DNA of 64,000 nt, taken from assembly GCA_963808625.1 (NCBI GenBank), contig CAWEHK010000021.1, forward strand, positions 64,001 to 128,000, in the 5' to 3' direction. The position numbers and the translations under genes were made by a program. The DNA comes from an uncultured delta proteobacterium. Lineage in GTDB: Bacteria > Desulfobacterota > Syntrophobacteria > Syntrophobacterales > Syntrophobacteraceae. Of this stretch, positions 33,507 to 43,318 are shown in pieces; position 1 is the first letter of the stretch; each line of letters begins with the position of its first letter. The notes under the pieces are model-generated. The model was not told where the DNA came from, ran no database searches, and saw nothing but the letters and a program-made list of their open reading frames with translations.

Positions 33507-34684
33507 ATGGAAACTGTTCGTGCTCATGACGTGCATCACGCCCCATTACTGCGCCAGTTGTTCGGTTCTTTCCTGAGGATGGGGATCACTGCTTTCGGCG
33601 GTCCCGCCATGATCGCCTACATCAGGAAGATGGCCGTCGGCGAGAAGCAATGGCTTGACAGCGAATCCTTTCAGGACGGCGTGGCCCTGTGTCAGACGAT
33701 ACCAGGGGCGACTGCCATGCAGATGGCGGCTTATGTCGGGTTGAAAACGCGGGGTGTGCGCGGAGCGATCTCCTGTTACTCGGCTTTGGCCTTCCGGCGT
33801 TCCTTCTGATGCTGGGGCTGTCCTTTGCCTACTCTCAGACGCACGAGCTTCCGGCTGTCATTTCCGTTTTTAGCGGGCTTCAGGCTGTGATCGTAGCCGT
33901 CGTGGCCAACGCCACGTTGTCCTTCGGAAAGACCTCCGTCAAGAGCTGGAAGAGCGTGGTGATCGCCCTTGTTGCGGCAGGGCTTTTCTGGTTCATGGTA
34001 AACCCGGTGCTCATCATTTTTCTGGCCGCCCTCCTCGGAATGTTGCTGAACAGCAGGCAACCCGTCGCTCAGAGAGCTACGCATCCAACCCGCATGCGGC
34101 ACACAACCATCCCACTGCTGTTTTTTCTCTTCGCTTCCGCGGCGGGCCTTGCCCTGCTCTTTTTCTTTCGAAAGGAGCTCTTTCAGCTTGCCGTGCTCAT
34201 GTCCAAGATCGATCTCATCGCATTTGGCGGAGGGTTTGTCTCGGTGCCCCTCATGTTCCATGAAATCGTAGATGCCCGCTCCTGGATGGATGGTCCGACT
34301 TTTCTCAATGGGATCGTTCTCGGCCAGTTTACTCCCGGCCCCATTGTGATCACGGCAACTTTTGTGGGCTACCTGGTCTATGGCCTTCCCGGCGCCCTCG
34401 TTGCCACCGTGGCCATCTTTCTTCCGTCGTTTCTCATCCTGGTAGGCGTCGCCCCCTGGTTTGACCGGGTGCGCTCATCGCCATGGTTCACCAGGGCTAT
34501 CGACGGTATCCTTTGCTCCTTTGTGGGGCTCCTCTTGACCGTCACCATCCGCTTTGCTTTGAACGTCCACTGGGACTGGCCTCACCTGGCTCTCGCGGCG
34601 GCGGCCTTCGCCGCTCTGATTTTCAAGCTGGATATCCTCTGGGTAGTTCTTGGGGGAACCGCGATTTCGGCATTTGTCTTTTAG
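33507..34684 (+). CDS. chrA: Long-chain chromate ion transporter, CHR family (frameshift near 33780)
   Basis: FLRMGITAFGGP...CQTIPG and AFGGG...GQFTPGP two-domain CHR signature. Confidence 0.92.
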
Positions 34685-34709
34685 ACGTATTTTCAGCAGG
34701 AAGTGAGCT

Positions 34710-34844
34710 ATGTGGATTGTCCAACTTGCCTTACGCCGGCCCTACACCTTCGTGGTGGCGGCGCTGGTGTTCTTGCTGCTGACTCCTTTCGTGCTGCTGC
34801 GTAAGCCAACGGATATCTTCCCGGAGATCGACATCCTCAAATAA
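34710..34844 (+). pseudogene. Truncated N-terminus of an RND efflux permease (AcrB/CzcA type)
   Basis: MWIVQLALRRPYTFVVAAL...PTDIFPEIDI then stop; typical RND permease start but only 44 aa. Confidence 0.75.
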
Positions 34845-35433
34845 ATCGGATGAGCAAGCTGACCCATAACAAGCCGATGAGATAGGATAACCCCACATCG
34901 CTTGGCCAGTGAGCCGCCAGGTCGACCCGGGCAACCCAGCCCACGATAAGAAGAGAGGTGCAGACGAGCAATGCTGCCCATCGCAGCTTTCCGGATGTTT
35001 TGAAGGCTGAAAGAACAGCGAGGAAGCCAACCGTTGATGCATAATTGAGAGCAAAAATGGATGGGAATGCGAAGCCTGAAAAAGAGCCTGCAACATGAAC
35101 CAGTTCCGGAGAGGGGCGAGGCCGGGCAATAACCGGACCCAGCCACTCTCCCAGCAACCACAAACCCATGAAGCTCGCAAGAGAAAGCAAGGCTGCACGC
35201 CGACCGGCAAGGAGCCAGGAAAGGCAAAACGTAACCGCCATCAGAATCAGGACCCAGGGCATCCCCCCTGTCAATGACAGCAATTGAGCCCAGCGTTTGG
35301 ATTCGGGCAGCAGAGACTGCACCAGCCGGGTGCCACTCACATCACCGGGAAGATAGGGAACATACTTGAGGGCAATCGTGAGCGAAACTGCCAAAATGAA
35401 TAGAGCCAGCCACACCAGATCTTTCGTTCTCAT
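34837..35433 (-). CDS. PAP2-family phosphatase-like membrane protein
   Basis: ARPRP, FAFPS, ARVDLAAHWPSDV. Confidence 0.85.
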   Translation of the reverse strand: MRTKDLVWLALFILAVSLTIALKYVPYLPGDVSGTRLVQSLLPESKRWAQLLSLTGGMPWVLILMAVTFCLSWLLAGRRAALLSLASFMGLWLLGEWLGPVIARPRPSPELVHVAGSFSGFAFPSIFALNYASTVGFLAVLSAFKTSGKLRWAALLVCTSLLIVGWVARVDLAAHWPSDVGLSYLIGLLWVSLLIRFI

Positions 35434-35568
35434 TGGTGACTCCTTCAATACGATAGTGAAGGTCGAGCCTCACGATCGAGACAGCCAAAAGGGCGGAGGA
35501 GCTTGGAGCTGATCAGTACTGCGTCAAACCCAGCGAAGTCGATGAGCTCGAACAAAGGGTGACCTCAT

Positions 35569-35700
35569 ACCGGGATTCTCGATTTCGATCCGGTCATCGA
35601 GCAACGAGGTCCGGATGGGTGCGCCCTTCTGGGAATAGTCCGCGTGAACCAACGCATTGACCACGGCTTCGCGCAGGATGGTCAGCGGAATGCTCCACAC
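35569..35700 (-). pseudogene. Remnant of an ATP-binding (RecG C-terminal-like / HATPase_c_4) protein
   Basis: LREAVVNALVHADYS...DDRIEIENPG motif with no intact ORF around it. Confidence 0.7.
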
Positions 35701-35771
35701 GGCTCGGCAAACTATTCAAGTCGTTCAAGGGTGAGAGCACAGGGAGTGAAATAGTCGGTAAAGATCGAGCT

Positions 35772-36167
35772 TCACGCCGGTTGCGTGACGTTCATGGCCA
35801 TCAGTTTTTTGCTGTTTTCGAAGATGACTTCCATCTTCCGATTTGAAATGACCTTGATCACCACCCCCAGGCCAAAAAGAGGATGATGGATCAAACTGCC
35901 TTCCCGATAGGTGTCGGACAAGTGGTAGGTCGGGACGCCCTCGCGGCTTGCTTCCATGAGCAGCTGGCGCCAGTCGTCGTCGGTTTTCGGCCGTGATACA
36001 CCCTTATAAAGGACGGAAGGAACAAGGTCTTCCTCCTCATCTCCTTCGTCGATCAAGAGGTCCTCGTCAGCAGTAAAATCGAGCTCATCCTGCTGATCAA
36101 ATTCCAGCCCCCCATCATCATCAAATTCTTCGATAATAGGGTCATCTCCGATGCTTTTCTTCACCAT
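35772..36167 (-). CDS. Hypothetical protein with acidic N-terminus
   Basis: 131-aa ORF with RBS GGAG; C-terminal HPLFGLGVV...MEVIF, a small beta-rich domain. Confidence 0.8.
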   Translation of the reverse strand: MVKKSIGDDPIIEEFDDDGGLEFDQQDELDFTADEDLLIDEGDEEEDLVPSVLYKGVSRPKTDDDWRQLLMEASREGVPTYHLSDTYREGSLIHHPLFGLGVVIKVISNRKMEVIFENSKKLMAMNVTQPA

Positions 36168-36318
36168 AATTCATCTCCACTCTTTTTTTCTTCATTTTGA
36201 CAAGGGTTTCGTGTATTAGAAGTCGGCGCGAAGGTCAAGACTTTTCGATCATTCAGATTTTGCGGACCGCTATGCCATCGCCGACCGCCACCTGCATAGG
36301 TGGCTGGAACCAAACACA

Positions 36319-37248
36319 ATGTTTCATATCCTTATAGACACGATTCTTCCCATTTTCAGTCTTATCCTCGTCGGTTTGTTCCTCCACCTGAAAGGCGTCA
36401 TCGATCCCCCCTTTGCCAAAACCGCTAACCAGATAGTCTACAACGTGGCGATTCCGGCGATGCTCTTTACGGAAATTTCGCAGGCCCCCTTTCGCGCCAA
36501 TTTCAGTTTCGAAGCCGTGGCGTGTATCCTTGCTGCGCTGGGAACCATTGTCCTTATTGGCCTGGTCCTCACCTGGGCGCTGCGGATTCCGGGATCTCGT
36601 CGCGGGACCTTCCTTCACAGCAGCTTTCACGGAAACATCGGCTACATGTCTTATGCTATTGCCTACTATGCTCTCGGGGAAAGTCACTTTGCGCGGATGG
36701 CCATCCTCGGCAGTTTTCTCATGCTGGCTCAGAATATTCTGGCGGTGTGGGCGCTTGCCAGTTTCAGCAACAATCCTCCTCGGGAGAATCAGAAATGGGT
36801 GCTCGGAAAGCTCATTTTCCAGAACCCGATTATTCTGACGGTTGCAGTCGGTATCGGCTATTCAGCATTGGCTTTGCCGCTGCCTCTCCCCGTCAAAAAA
36901 AGTCTTGAAATCCTTTCCGGGATGGCCTTTCCGACAGCGCTCCTGCTGGTTGGAGCAAGTCTGTCGTTTGGGGCCTTTCGACTGATGATCAAAGAGCTCA
37001 TCGGCATCGGGCTGCTCAAGCTGGTGGGGCTGCCGCTCCTTGGTTATGCCCTCATGAGCTGGCGCCACCTTCCACCCGCCCTGGTGCTGCCGGCGATCAT
37101 CCTGCTGGCGGCCCCCCCTGCGACCGTGACTTACGTCATGGCCACAGAACTTGGTGGTGACCCCGAGTTGGCCGCGACCAGCATCTCCTTCCACACCCTG
37201 CTTTCGGCCTTCACCTACACGATCATTCTCGCAGCCTTCTCGGCATAA
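36319..37248 (+). CDS. AEC (auxin efflux carrier) family transporter
   Basis: About 10 TM; VAIPAMLF, FHGNIGYM, NPII, GGDPELA. Confidence 0.9.
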   Translation: MFHILIDTILPIFSLILVGLFLHLKGVIDPPFAKTANQIVYNVAIPAMLFTEISQAPFRANFSFEAVACILAALGTIVLIGLVLTWALRIPGSRRGTFLHSSFHGNIGYMSYAIAYYALGESHFARMAILGSFLMLAQNILAVWALASFSNNPPRENQKWVLGKLIFQNPIILTVAVGIGYSALALPLPLPVKKSLEILSGMAFPTALLLVGASLSFGAFRLMIKELIGIGLLKLVGLPLLGYALMSWRHLPPALVLPAIILLAAPPATVTYVMATELGGDPELAATSISFHTLLSAFTYTIILAAFSA

Positions 37249-37294
37249 CTGTACTTGTTTATGCTGCGAATCTTCATTCTCTTGGACTGAGGAA

Positions 37295-37377
37295 TTAACC
37301 GCAGAGCTCGCTGAGATCGCAGAGAAACCTGTTTAAGAGCGAACTCTCTCTGCGCACTCTGCGGTCTCCGCGGTGAA
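37295..37377. repeat. ACCGCAGAG-type nonamer palindromic element
   Basis: ttaaccgcagagctcgctgagatcgcagag...ctctgcgcactctgcggtctccgcggtgaa; related half copies near 28897-28927 and 46546-46578. Confidence 0.7.
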
Positions 37378-37420
37378 AAAAGAAACATTTCATCCTTAAC
37401 GGGCATAACGGTGGCGGGAA

Positions 37421-38821
37421 TCAGGCCTCATCTTCCGAAGCCAGGCCGTATTTGATCAGGCGGTAGCGGAAGGAGCGGAAACTTATGCCGAGGAGCTCGG
37501 CCGCCTTGAGCTTCACGCCCTGGGCCTGCTGCAAACCTTGTTGAAGCAATCGCTTCTCGATATCGGCAAGGTGTTCGTCGAGATCAAAACCGCGGTGGGG
37601 AAGGGTCGTGGGCGCGGCGCCGGGAGCCTGGTTTTGGGCTCTCCGGTAAGTTGAGAGCGTGAGACTGTCCGGCAGGATGATGCTCGATGATTCCATGGCG
37701 ACGCCTCTTTCGATGATATGCTCGAGCTCTCTCACATTTCCGGGGAAATCATAATCATTCAAGATATCCATAGCGTAGGAGGAAATTTTGCGAATGTCCT
37801 TATTGAAATTTTTACGAAACTTGGACAGGAAGTACTGAGCGAGAAGCGGGATATCCTCGCGCCGCTCTCTCAGGGGAGGAATCCGGATGGGGAGCACATT
37901 CAGACGATAGTAAAGGTCTTCGCGAAAGGTCTTTTCAATGACCATCTTTTCCAGGTTCTGATTGGTGGCCGAGACAATCCTTACGTCGACCGGGATATCT
38001 TCCGTGTCACCGATCTGCCTGATGGTCTTTTCCTGAACCAGCCGCAGCAGCTTTACCTGCAGGCCGGGAGAGAGCTCGCCAATCTCATCAAGAAAAAGGG
38101 TCCCGCCCTGAGCGGCCTCGACCAGCCCTTTACGATTGGCGGTAGCACCCGTAAAGGACCCTTTTTTATAACCGAACAGCTCGCTCTCAATGAGGGACTC
38201 AGGCACGCCACCGCAGTTCACGACCACAAAAGGGAGCTCGCTTCGCGGACTTTCCCGATGGATCGCCTTTGCCACCAGTTCTTTTCCCGTACCGCTTTCG
38301 CCCGTGATGAGAACATTGCTGCTGGTGACCGCTACCCGCTTAATGAGGTCATAGATCTTGCGCATTGCAGCACTGTCGCCGATGAGACAGCCGTAGTACA
38401 GTGGTCCTTCCCGGATTTCGCGCGCGGGCTCCTCGTCTCTCCTGCTGAGCAGGGCGTTGGCGATTGCCGTCCGCATTTCGTCAATCTTGAATGGTTTAGG
38501 AAGGTAGTCGTAAGCCCCCTCTTTCATCGCCACCACCGCTGTTTCGGCGCTGGCATAGGCCGAGATGATGATGACCGCGGTGCTGGGTGAGATGGTTTTG
38601 CACTGTCTCAGGACCTCAAGGCCATCAATGGGTTTCATCCGGATGTCCGTAATGAGGAGATCGAATTTTTCCCGCTGCAGGGCTTGCAGTGCTTCCTCTC
38701 CGCTTTCAGCACAGCCTACCTGGTAGCCATCCTTCTCGAGCATCATTTCGAGAAACTCCCGCATGCTCTTTTCATCATCGACTACCAAAATTTTTTCTGA
38801 CTCTGCTTGCTGTGCATTCAT
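37421..38821 (-). CDS. Sigma-54-dependent response regulator (PilR/NtrC family)
   Basis: REC domain, GESGTGKE, GSFTGA, FPGNVRELE, Fis HTH (GISFRSFRYRL, PilR-like). Confidence 0.93.
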   Translation of the reverse strand: MNAQQAESEKILVVDDEKSMREFLEMMLEKDGYQVGCAESGEEALQALQREKFDLLITDIRMKPIDGLEVLRQCKTISPSTAVIIISAYASAETAVVAMKEGAYDYLPKPFKIDEMRTAIANALLSRRDEEPAREIREGPLYYGCLIGDSAAMRKIYDLIKRVAVTSSNVLITGESGTGKELVAKAIHRESPRSELPFVVVNCGGVPESLIESELFGYKKGSFTGATANRKGLVEAAQGGTLFLDEIGELSPGLQVKLLRLVQEKTIRQIGDTEDIPVDVRIVSATNQNLEKMVIEKTFREDLYYRLNVLPIRIPPLRERREDIPLLAQYFLSKFRKNFNKDIRKISSYAMDILNDYDFPGNVRELEHIIERGVAMESSSIILPDSLTLSTYRRAQNQAPGAAPTTLPHRGFDLDEHLADIEKRLLQQGLQQAQGVKLKAAELLGISFRSFRYRLIKYGLASEDEA

Positions 38822-38870
38822 AGTTGTTTAGGCAGAAAGAGAGAGTTTATCTGAGTCGAAAGGCGATCCG

Positions 38871-40175
38871 TCATCGGCTAAACGCGACCCGTCCGTCGAC
38901 GATGGTCATGATCACACGTCCTTGCATGTGGTGACCGTGAAAGGGGCAGTTACGGCTCTTGGAGCGAAAGGTGCTGCAGTCCAGGACATAGGTTTCTTCG
39001 GGATCAATGATGGTCAGATCGGCCGGCGTACCGGGCGGCATGGCACCAAGAGGCACACCAAGAATGGCGGCCGGATTACAGGTCACCGTGGCGATCGCTT
39101 CCATGGGGCTCAACACGCCTTCTCGAACAAGGCCTAAAATTAGCGGGACCGCAGATTCGAGGCCAATCATCCCGTTCGCCGCAAACTCAAATTCCGTATC
39201 CTTTTCGAGAGCGGTGTGCGGGGCATGATCGGTGGCAATCGCATCCAGCGTACCGTCAGCCAGCCCCTCTTTGATGGCCTCAACATCTCCGGCACGGCGA
39301 AGCGGCGGATTGACCTTGTAAACCGTATCGAAGGTCATGACGGCATCATCCGTAAGAGAGAAATACTGCGGGGCCGTTTCTCCCGTAACGCGAACACCGC
39401 GTTGCTTGGCCTGGCGAATCAACTGCACGGACCCTGCCGTGCTGACATGAGCAATGTGGAGGCGACTTTGAGTCAATTCCGCGAGCAGCAGATCACGGGC
39501 GACCATCGCCTCTTCGGCGGCGTTGGGAATGCCCCGAAGCCCGAGCATCGTGGATACCGGCCCTTCATTCATCAGGCCTCCGCGGGAGAGGTTGAGGTCC
39601 TCGGCGTGGCTGATCACGGGCAGGTCAAAAATCCTTGCGTACTCGAGCGCTCTGCGCATCAGCATGCTGTTCATCACCGGGCGCCCATCGTCGGAAACGG
39701 CGACCGCTCCTGATTCCCGCAACTCTCCGAATTCGGCCAGGTGCTCTCCGGCGAGCCCCCTGCTGATTGCCCCCACGGGGAAGACCCGGCAGGACCCCTG
39801 CTCGCGGGCCCGTTCCATGATAAATTCCGTAACTGCGGCGCAGTCGTTCACCGGGTGCGTGTTGGGCATGCAGGCAACAGCGACATACCCGCCGGCAGTC
39901 GCCGACGCGGTGCCCGATGCGATGGTTTCTTTATATTCCTCGCCGGGCTCGCGCAAATGAACGTGCATATCAAGCAAGCCAGGAACAATCCATTTGCCGC
40001 TGAGATCTATTTCCTGCACCGCTGACGCCCAATCCGCGGATATCTCGAGGCGCGCCCCGATCTCCATCAACCGGCCGTCAACGATCAGGACGTCAGCCTT
40101 GCCATCCATTCCCTGGGCGGGATCGATGATGCGCGCGTTACGCAAAAGTAGATTCGCGGCCTTTCCCCTCTCCAT
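38871..40175 (-). CDS. pyrC: Dihydroorotase
   Basis: DMHVHLREPG, MPNT.P, KVNPPLR, ATDHAPH. Confidence 0.96.
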   Translation of the reverse strand: MERGKAANLLLRNARIIDPAQGMDGKADVLIVDGRLMEIGARLEISADWASAVQEIDLSGKWIVPGLLDMHVHLREPGEEYKETIASGTASATAGGYVAVACMPNTHPVNDCAAVTEFIMERAREQGSCRVFPVGAISRGLAGEHLAEFGELRESGAVAVSDDGRPVMNSMLMRRALEYARIFDLPVISHAEDLNLSRGGLMNEGPVSTMLGLRGIPNAAEEAMVARDLLLAELTQSRLHIAHVSTAGSVQLIRQAKQRGVRVTGETAPQYFSLTDDAVMTFDTVYKVNPPLRRAGDVEAIKEGLADGTLDAIATDHAPHTALEKDTEFEFAANGMIGLESAVPLILGLVREGVLSPMEAIATVTCNPAAILGVPLGAMPPGTPADLTIIDPEETYVLDCSTFRSKSRNCPFHGHHMQGRVIMTIVDGRVAFSR

Positions 40176-40240
40176 CAGTCGTGCTCCCTGGGTCCTGACT
40201 CATCCGTCGCGGTTCTCTTCGCGTCTCGAGTCGTCAAATT

Positions 40241-41158
40241 TTACCTCTGAGCCAAAAGGTAAAGCAGTGCCATACGCACGGCAACGCCATTGGTCACCTG
40301 ATCCAAAATGAGCGAATGAGGCCCATCAGCTACCTCGGGACTGATTTCAACCCCCCGGTTGATCGGTCCCGGATGCATGATCACCACATCTTTTTTGGCC
40401 TTCTTGAGTTTTTCCGCGTCCAATCCGTAATAGGTCGCGTATTCGCGCAGAGAGGGGAGGAGCATCTGCTGCTGACGTTCTGTCTGCAACCGAAGCATCA
40501 TGATCACATCGGCTTCCGGAACCGCCTCTCGGAGATGCAGCGAAACCGCTGCCCCCATCGCTTCCAGCCCGGGCGGGATAAGCGTTGCCGGACCACAGGC
40601 GATAACGCGGGCCCCCATCCTGGTCAGGCCCCAAATATTGGAGCGGGCGACGCGGCTGTGGGTGATGTCGCCGACAATAAGCACCGTCAAGCCGTCCAGG
40701 TTGCTTTTGTGCTCCCTTATGGTCATCATATCCAGGAGTGCCTGGGTGGGATGTTCGTGGCACCCGTCGCCGGCATTGACGACGGACGCCGTGGTGTGTT
40801 GTGCAAGACGCTGCAGCGTGCCCGAGGCCGAGTGGCGAATGATGAAAATATCCGGTTTCATCGCTTCGAGGTTCTTGAGGGTATCGAGGGTCGTCTCACC
40901 TTTGACGATGGAACTGGTTGATGCCGTTATGCTGTAAGTGTCGGCACTCAGGCGTTTGGCGGCAATATCAAACGAAGTCCTGGTGCGCGTGCTCGGTTCG
41001 TAGAACAGGTGGATCACCGTCTTGCCGCGCAGCGTGGGTACTTTCTTGATGGTCCTGGTGTTGATTTCTTTGAGGGAAGAAGCCACCTCCAGGATATGCT
41101 CGATTTCATGCACTTCAAGATCGCGAATGCCCAAAAGGTCCTTTCGCTTAAACGGCAT
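40241..41158 (-). CDS. pyrB: Aspartate carbamoyltransferase catalytic subunit
   Basis: [29 protein letters not shown]. Confidence 0.97.
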   Translation of the reverse strand: MPFKRKDLLGIRDLEVHEIEHILEVASSLKEINTRTIKKVPTLRGKTVIHLFYEPSTRTRTSFDIAAKRLSADTYSITASTSSIVKGETTLDTLKNLEAMKPDIFIIRHSASGTLQRLAQHTTASVVNAGDGCHEHPTQALLDMMTIREHKSNLDGLTVLIVGDITHSRVARSNIWGLTRMGARVIACGPATLIPPGLEAMGAAVSLHLREAVPEADVIMMLRLQTERQQQMLLPSLREYATYYGLDAEKLKKAKKDVVIMHPGPINRGVEISPEVADGPHSLILDQVTNGVAVRMALLYLLAQR

Positions 41159-41368
41159 GGGATTCCTCGTCGTTTGGTTGGAAAAAGAACTTCACTAATC
41201 GAAATAATCTAACATGAAATCGGCCAAAACTACCAGGAAAATTCCCACACCGGGGTGCTTGCCGTGCCCAATTGCTCGGGTGCATGGGCTCAAATGCCTC
41301 ACAGACCTTGACAGAAACGCTGAATATCATACAATGGAAAAAGTTAGACTGAACGAAAGGGGTGCTGG

Positions 41369-41839
41369 ATGCAGAGGAATCCAATTACTAAAGAAGGCTT
41401 TGAACGCCTCAAAAACGAACTGCAGCGTCTGCAGAAGGAAGAGCGACCGGAGGTCATTCGAGCCATCGAAGAGGCTCGTGCTCATGGGGATATTTCGGAA
41501 AATGCGGAATTCGAGGCGGCGAAAGATAAACAGGGACTGCTCGAAGGCCGGATCATGGACTTGACACAAAAGCTCGGACGTTGTGAGATTATTGAGCCTT
41601 CCGTGGAGGAAAACGGGCGCATCACGTTCGGCAGCACGGTTGTCATGGAAGATCTCGAAACCGGAGAAATCACTTCTTACCGACTGGTGGGTCCTTACGA
41701 GGCTGATGTTCAGGCCGGGACCATATCGGTGACATCCCCTCTGGGAAAGGCTTTAATCGGCAAAGAAGAGGGTGAAGAGGTGCGGGTCCAGACGCCAAAA
41801 GGAATCCGGAACGTGGAGATTCTTGAGATTCAGCACTGA
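41369..41839 (+). CDS. greA: Transcription elongation factor GreA
   Basis: ARAHGDISENAEF, ISVTSPLGKAL. Confidence 0.97.
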   Translation: MQRNPITKEGFERLKNELQRLQKEERPEVIRAIEEARAHGDISENAEFEAAKDKQGLLEGRIMDLTQKLGRCEIIEPSVEENGRITFGSTVVMEDLETGEITSYRLVGPYEADVQAGTISVTSPLGKALIGKEEGEEVRVQTPKGIRNVEILEIQH

Positions 41840-41842
41840 GGT

Positions 41843-41890
41843 CCTCGACCGCTCAGGCTAAAATCAACTTGACACATCGAGCGGTCGAGG
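41843..41890. repeat. 12-bp perfect inverted repeat after greA, enclosing a TTGACA
   Basis: CCTCGACCGCTC ... GAGCGGTCGAGG. Confidence 0.6.
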
Positions 41891-41912
41891 AAATATAAAA
41901 GATCTTTTTACC

Positions 41913-41988
41913 ATCCACGAAGGACACGAAGAGACACTAAGAAAATGACAAGAGCTTACTTTCGTGTGTCTTCGTGTCCTTCGTGGAT
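41913..41988. repeat. CACGAAG-type palindromic element
   Basis: atccacgaaggacacgaagagacac...gtgtcttcgtgtccttcgtggat; 24-bp arm identical to the copy at 43889. Confidence 0.8.
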
Positions 41989-42020
41989 AAAGATTAAATT
42001 TCATCAGGAGGTGCCATCCT

Positions 42021-42293
42021 TTGGCCAATCACAAGTCAGCTATCAAACGCGCAAAGCAGAGTGAACTGCGCCGAGTTCGCAACCGTTCGCGAAGAACCCG
42101 CATGAAACATGTTATCAAGGGCCTCGAAGAAGCGCTTGCTGCCCGCAATCCCGAAATGGCGGAGAGTCGTTTGCGAGAGGCCGTCTCCGTGATCGACAAA
42201 ACCGCAGGCAAAGGTGTTATCCACAGAAACCATGCGGCGCGCAAGATCTCACGATTGACCCACAAGGTGAATGCCCTGGTGCCATCCGCTTAA
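42021..42293 (+). CDS. rpsT: 30S ribosomal protein S20
   Basis: ANHKSAIKR...KGVIHRNHAARKISRL; TTG start with RBS GGAGG. Confidence 0.97.
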   Translation: MANHKSAIKRAKQSELRRVRNRSRRTRMKHVIKGLEEALAARNPEMAESRLREAVSVIDKTAGKGVIHRNHAARKISRLTHKVNALVPSA

Positions 42294-42309
42294 CCACCGC
42301 GCTTCTCTC

Positions 42310-43317
42310 TCAGAAGTTGTGTTGTTCGCGCCGGCACAAGTCCAGCACGAGTGCCTCCAGGTGCCGTTGAGGGCTCGTGCTCGTGCTCTTGAGGGCGAGG
42401 TCCGCCTCGCGGATGGCGCGATGGACCCGGTAGAGCTCTGCTTCCGGGAACAAATCCGCCTGCTGCAGGTAGTTCCGAAGCACTGCGGGGTAGAGGTTTA
42501 AACTCCGGCCTAGTTCCGCCATGGGCATTTTTCGCTTTGCCCCGTCCTTGGCCTGCCACAGAATCCGAATCTGCCTCGCCAGCAGGGCCAAAATTACCAA
42601 GGGCTGTTCTCCGGCAAGGAGCAGCTTCCGCAAAGCCGCGATCGCCTCTTTCGTCTGGCCCTGCCCCACGTATCGCAGAAGTTCAAATACGGTAAAGGAC
42701 CGCTGCGAAGAGATCGCCTCTCTCGCATCCTCCAATTCGATTTCTTCACGATCACCGACATAAGCCCCGAGCTTTTCCAATTCGCTCTGAAGGCGATAGA
42801 GCTCCACCCCCACCTGCTCAACCAGAAAAGAGGCCGCCTGCGGCGACAGCACTTTCCGGAGCTGCCGGGCCCTCATTTGCAGCCAACGGGGTGCGTCCCT
42901 TTCCGTGGGAGGACTGAAATGCACCACCTCGCCCACTGCCTCCACCGCAGCCTGAAGCTTCTCCAGGCCTTTTTTCTGGGTGCTGCTGAGGACCAGGCAA
43001 GCAGAAGGAAAGGGATGGGTCAAATAGGATTCGATCGCCCGGAACTGCTCCTTCGGCCACCCTTCAATATGCTGGACCAGGAGCAGCCGTTTGCTCCCAA
43101 ACATGGGCATGGCACTCAATCGCCCCAATACCTCCGGGGCCGGATGCTCCTTCGCCAACAACCGTTCGCCGTTGAACTGCCGGGCCTTGGCCGGGACGAT
43201 TTTATCGAGCAAAAGGTCCCACGCTTCCTCCTTCAGCAAATCCCCTTCCCCCAGGAAGAGGTAGACGGGAGCGACGGCACCGGCGTCAAGATGATGGGTG
43301 AATTCGTCCGGATACAC
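42310..43317 (-). CDS. holA: DNA polymerase III delta subunit
   Basis: PVYLFLGE, PMFGSKRL, ELEKL; leuS-lptE-holA synteny. Confidence 0.92.
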   Translation of the reverse strand: MYPDEFTHHLDAGAVAPVYLFLGEGDLLKEEAWDLLLDKIVPAKARQFNGERLLAKEHPAPEVLGRLSAMPMFGSKRLLLVQHIEGWPKEQFRAIESYLTHPFPSACLVLSSTQKKGLEKLQAAVEAVGEVVHFSPPTERDAPRWLQMRARQLRKVLSPQAASFLVEQVGVELYRLQSELEKLGAYVGDREEIELEDAREAISSQRSFTVFELLRYVGQGQTKEAIAALRKLLLAGEQPLVILALLARQIRILWQAKDGAKRKMPMAELGRSLNLYPAVLRNYLQQADLFPEAELYRVHRAIREADLALKSTSTSPQRHLEALVLDLCRREQHNF

Positions 43318-43318
43318 G

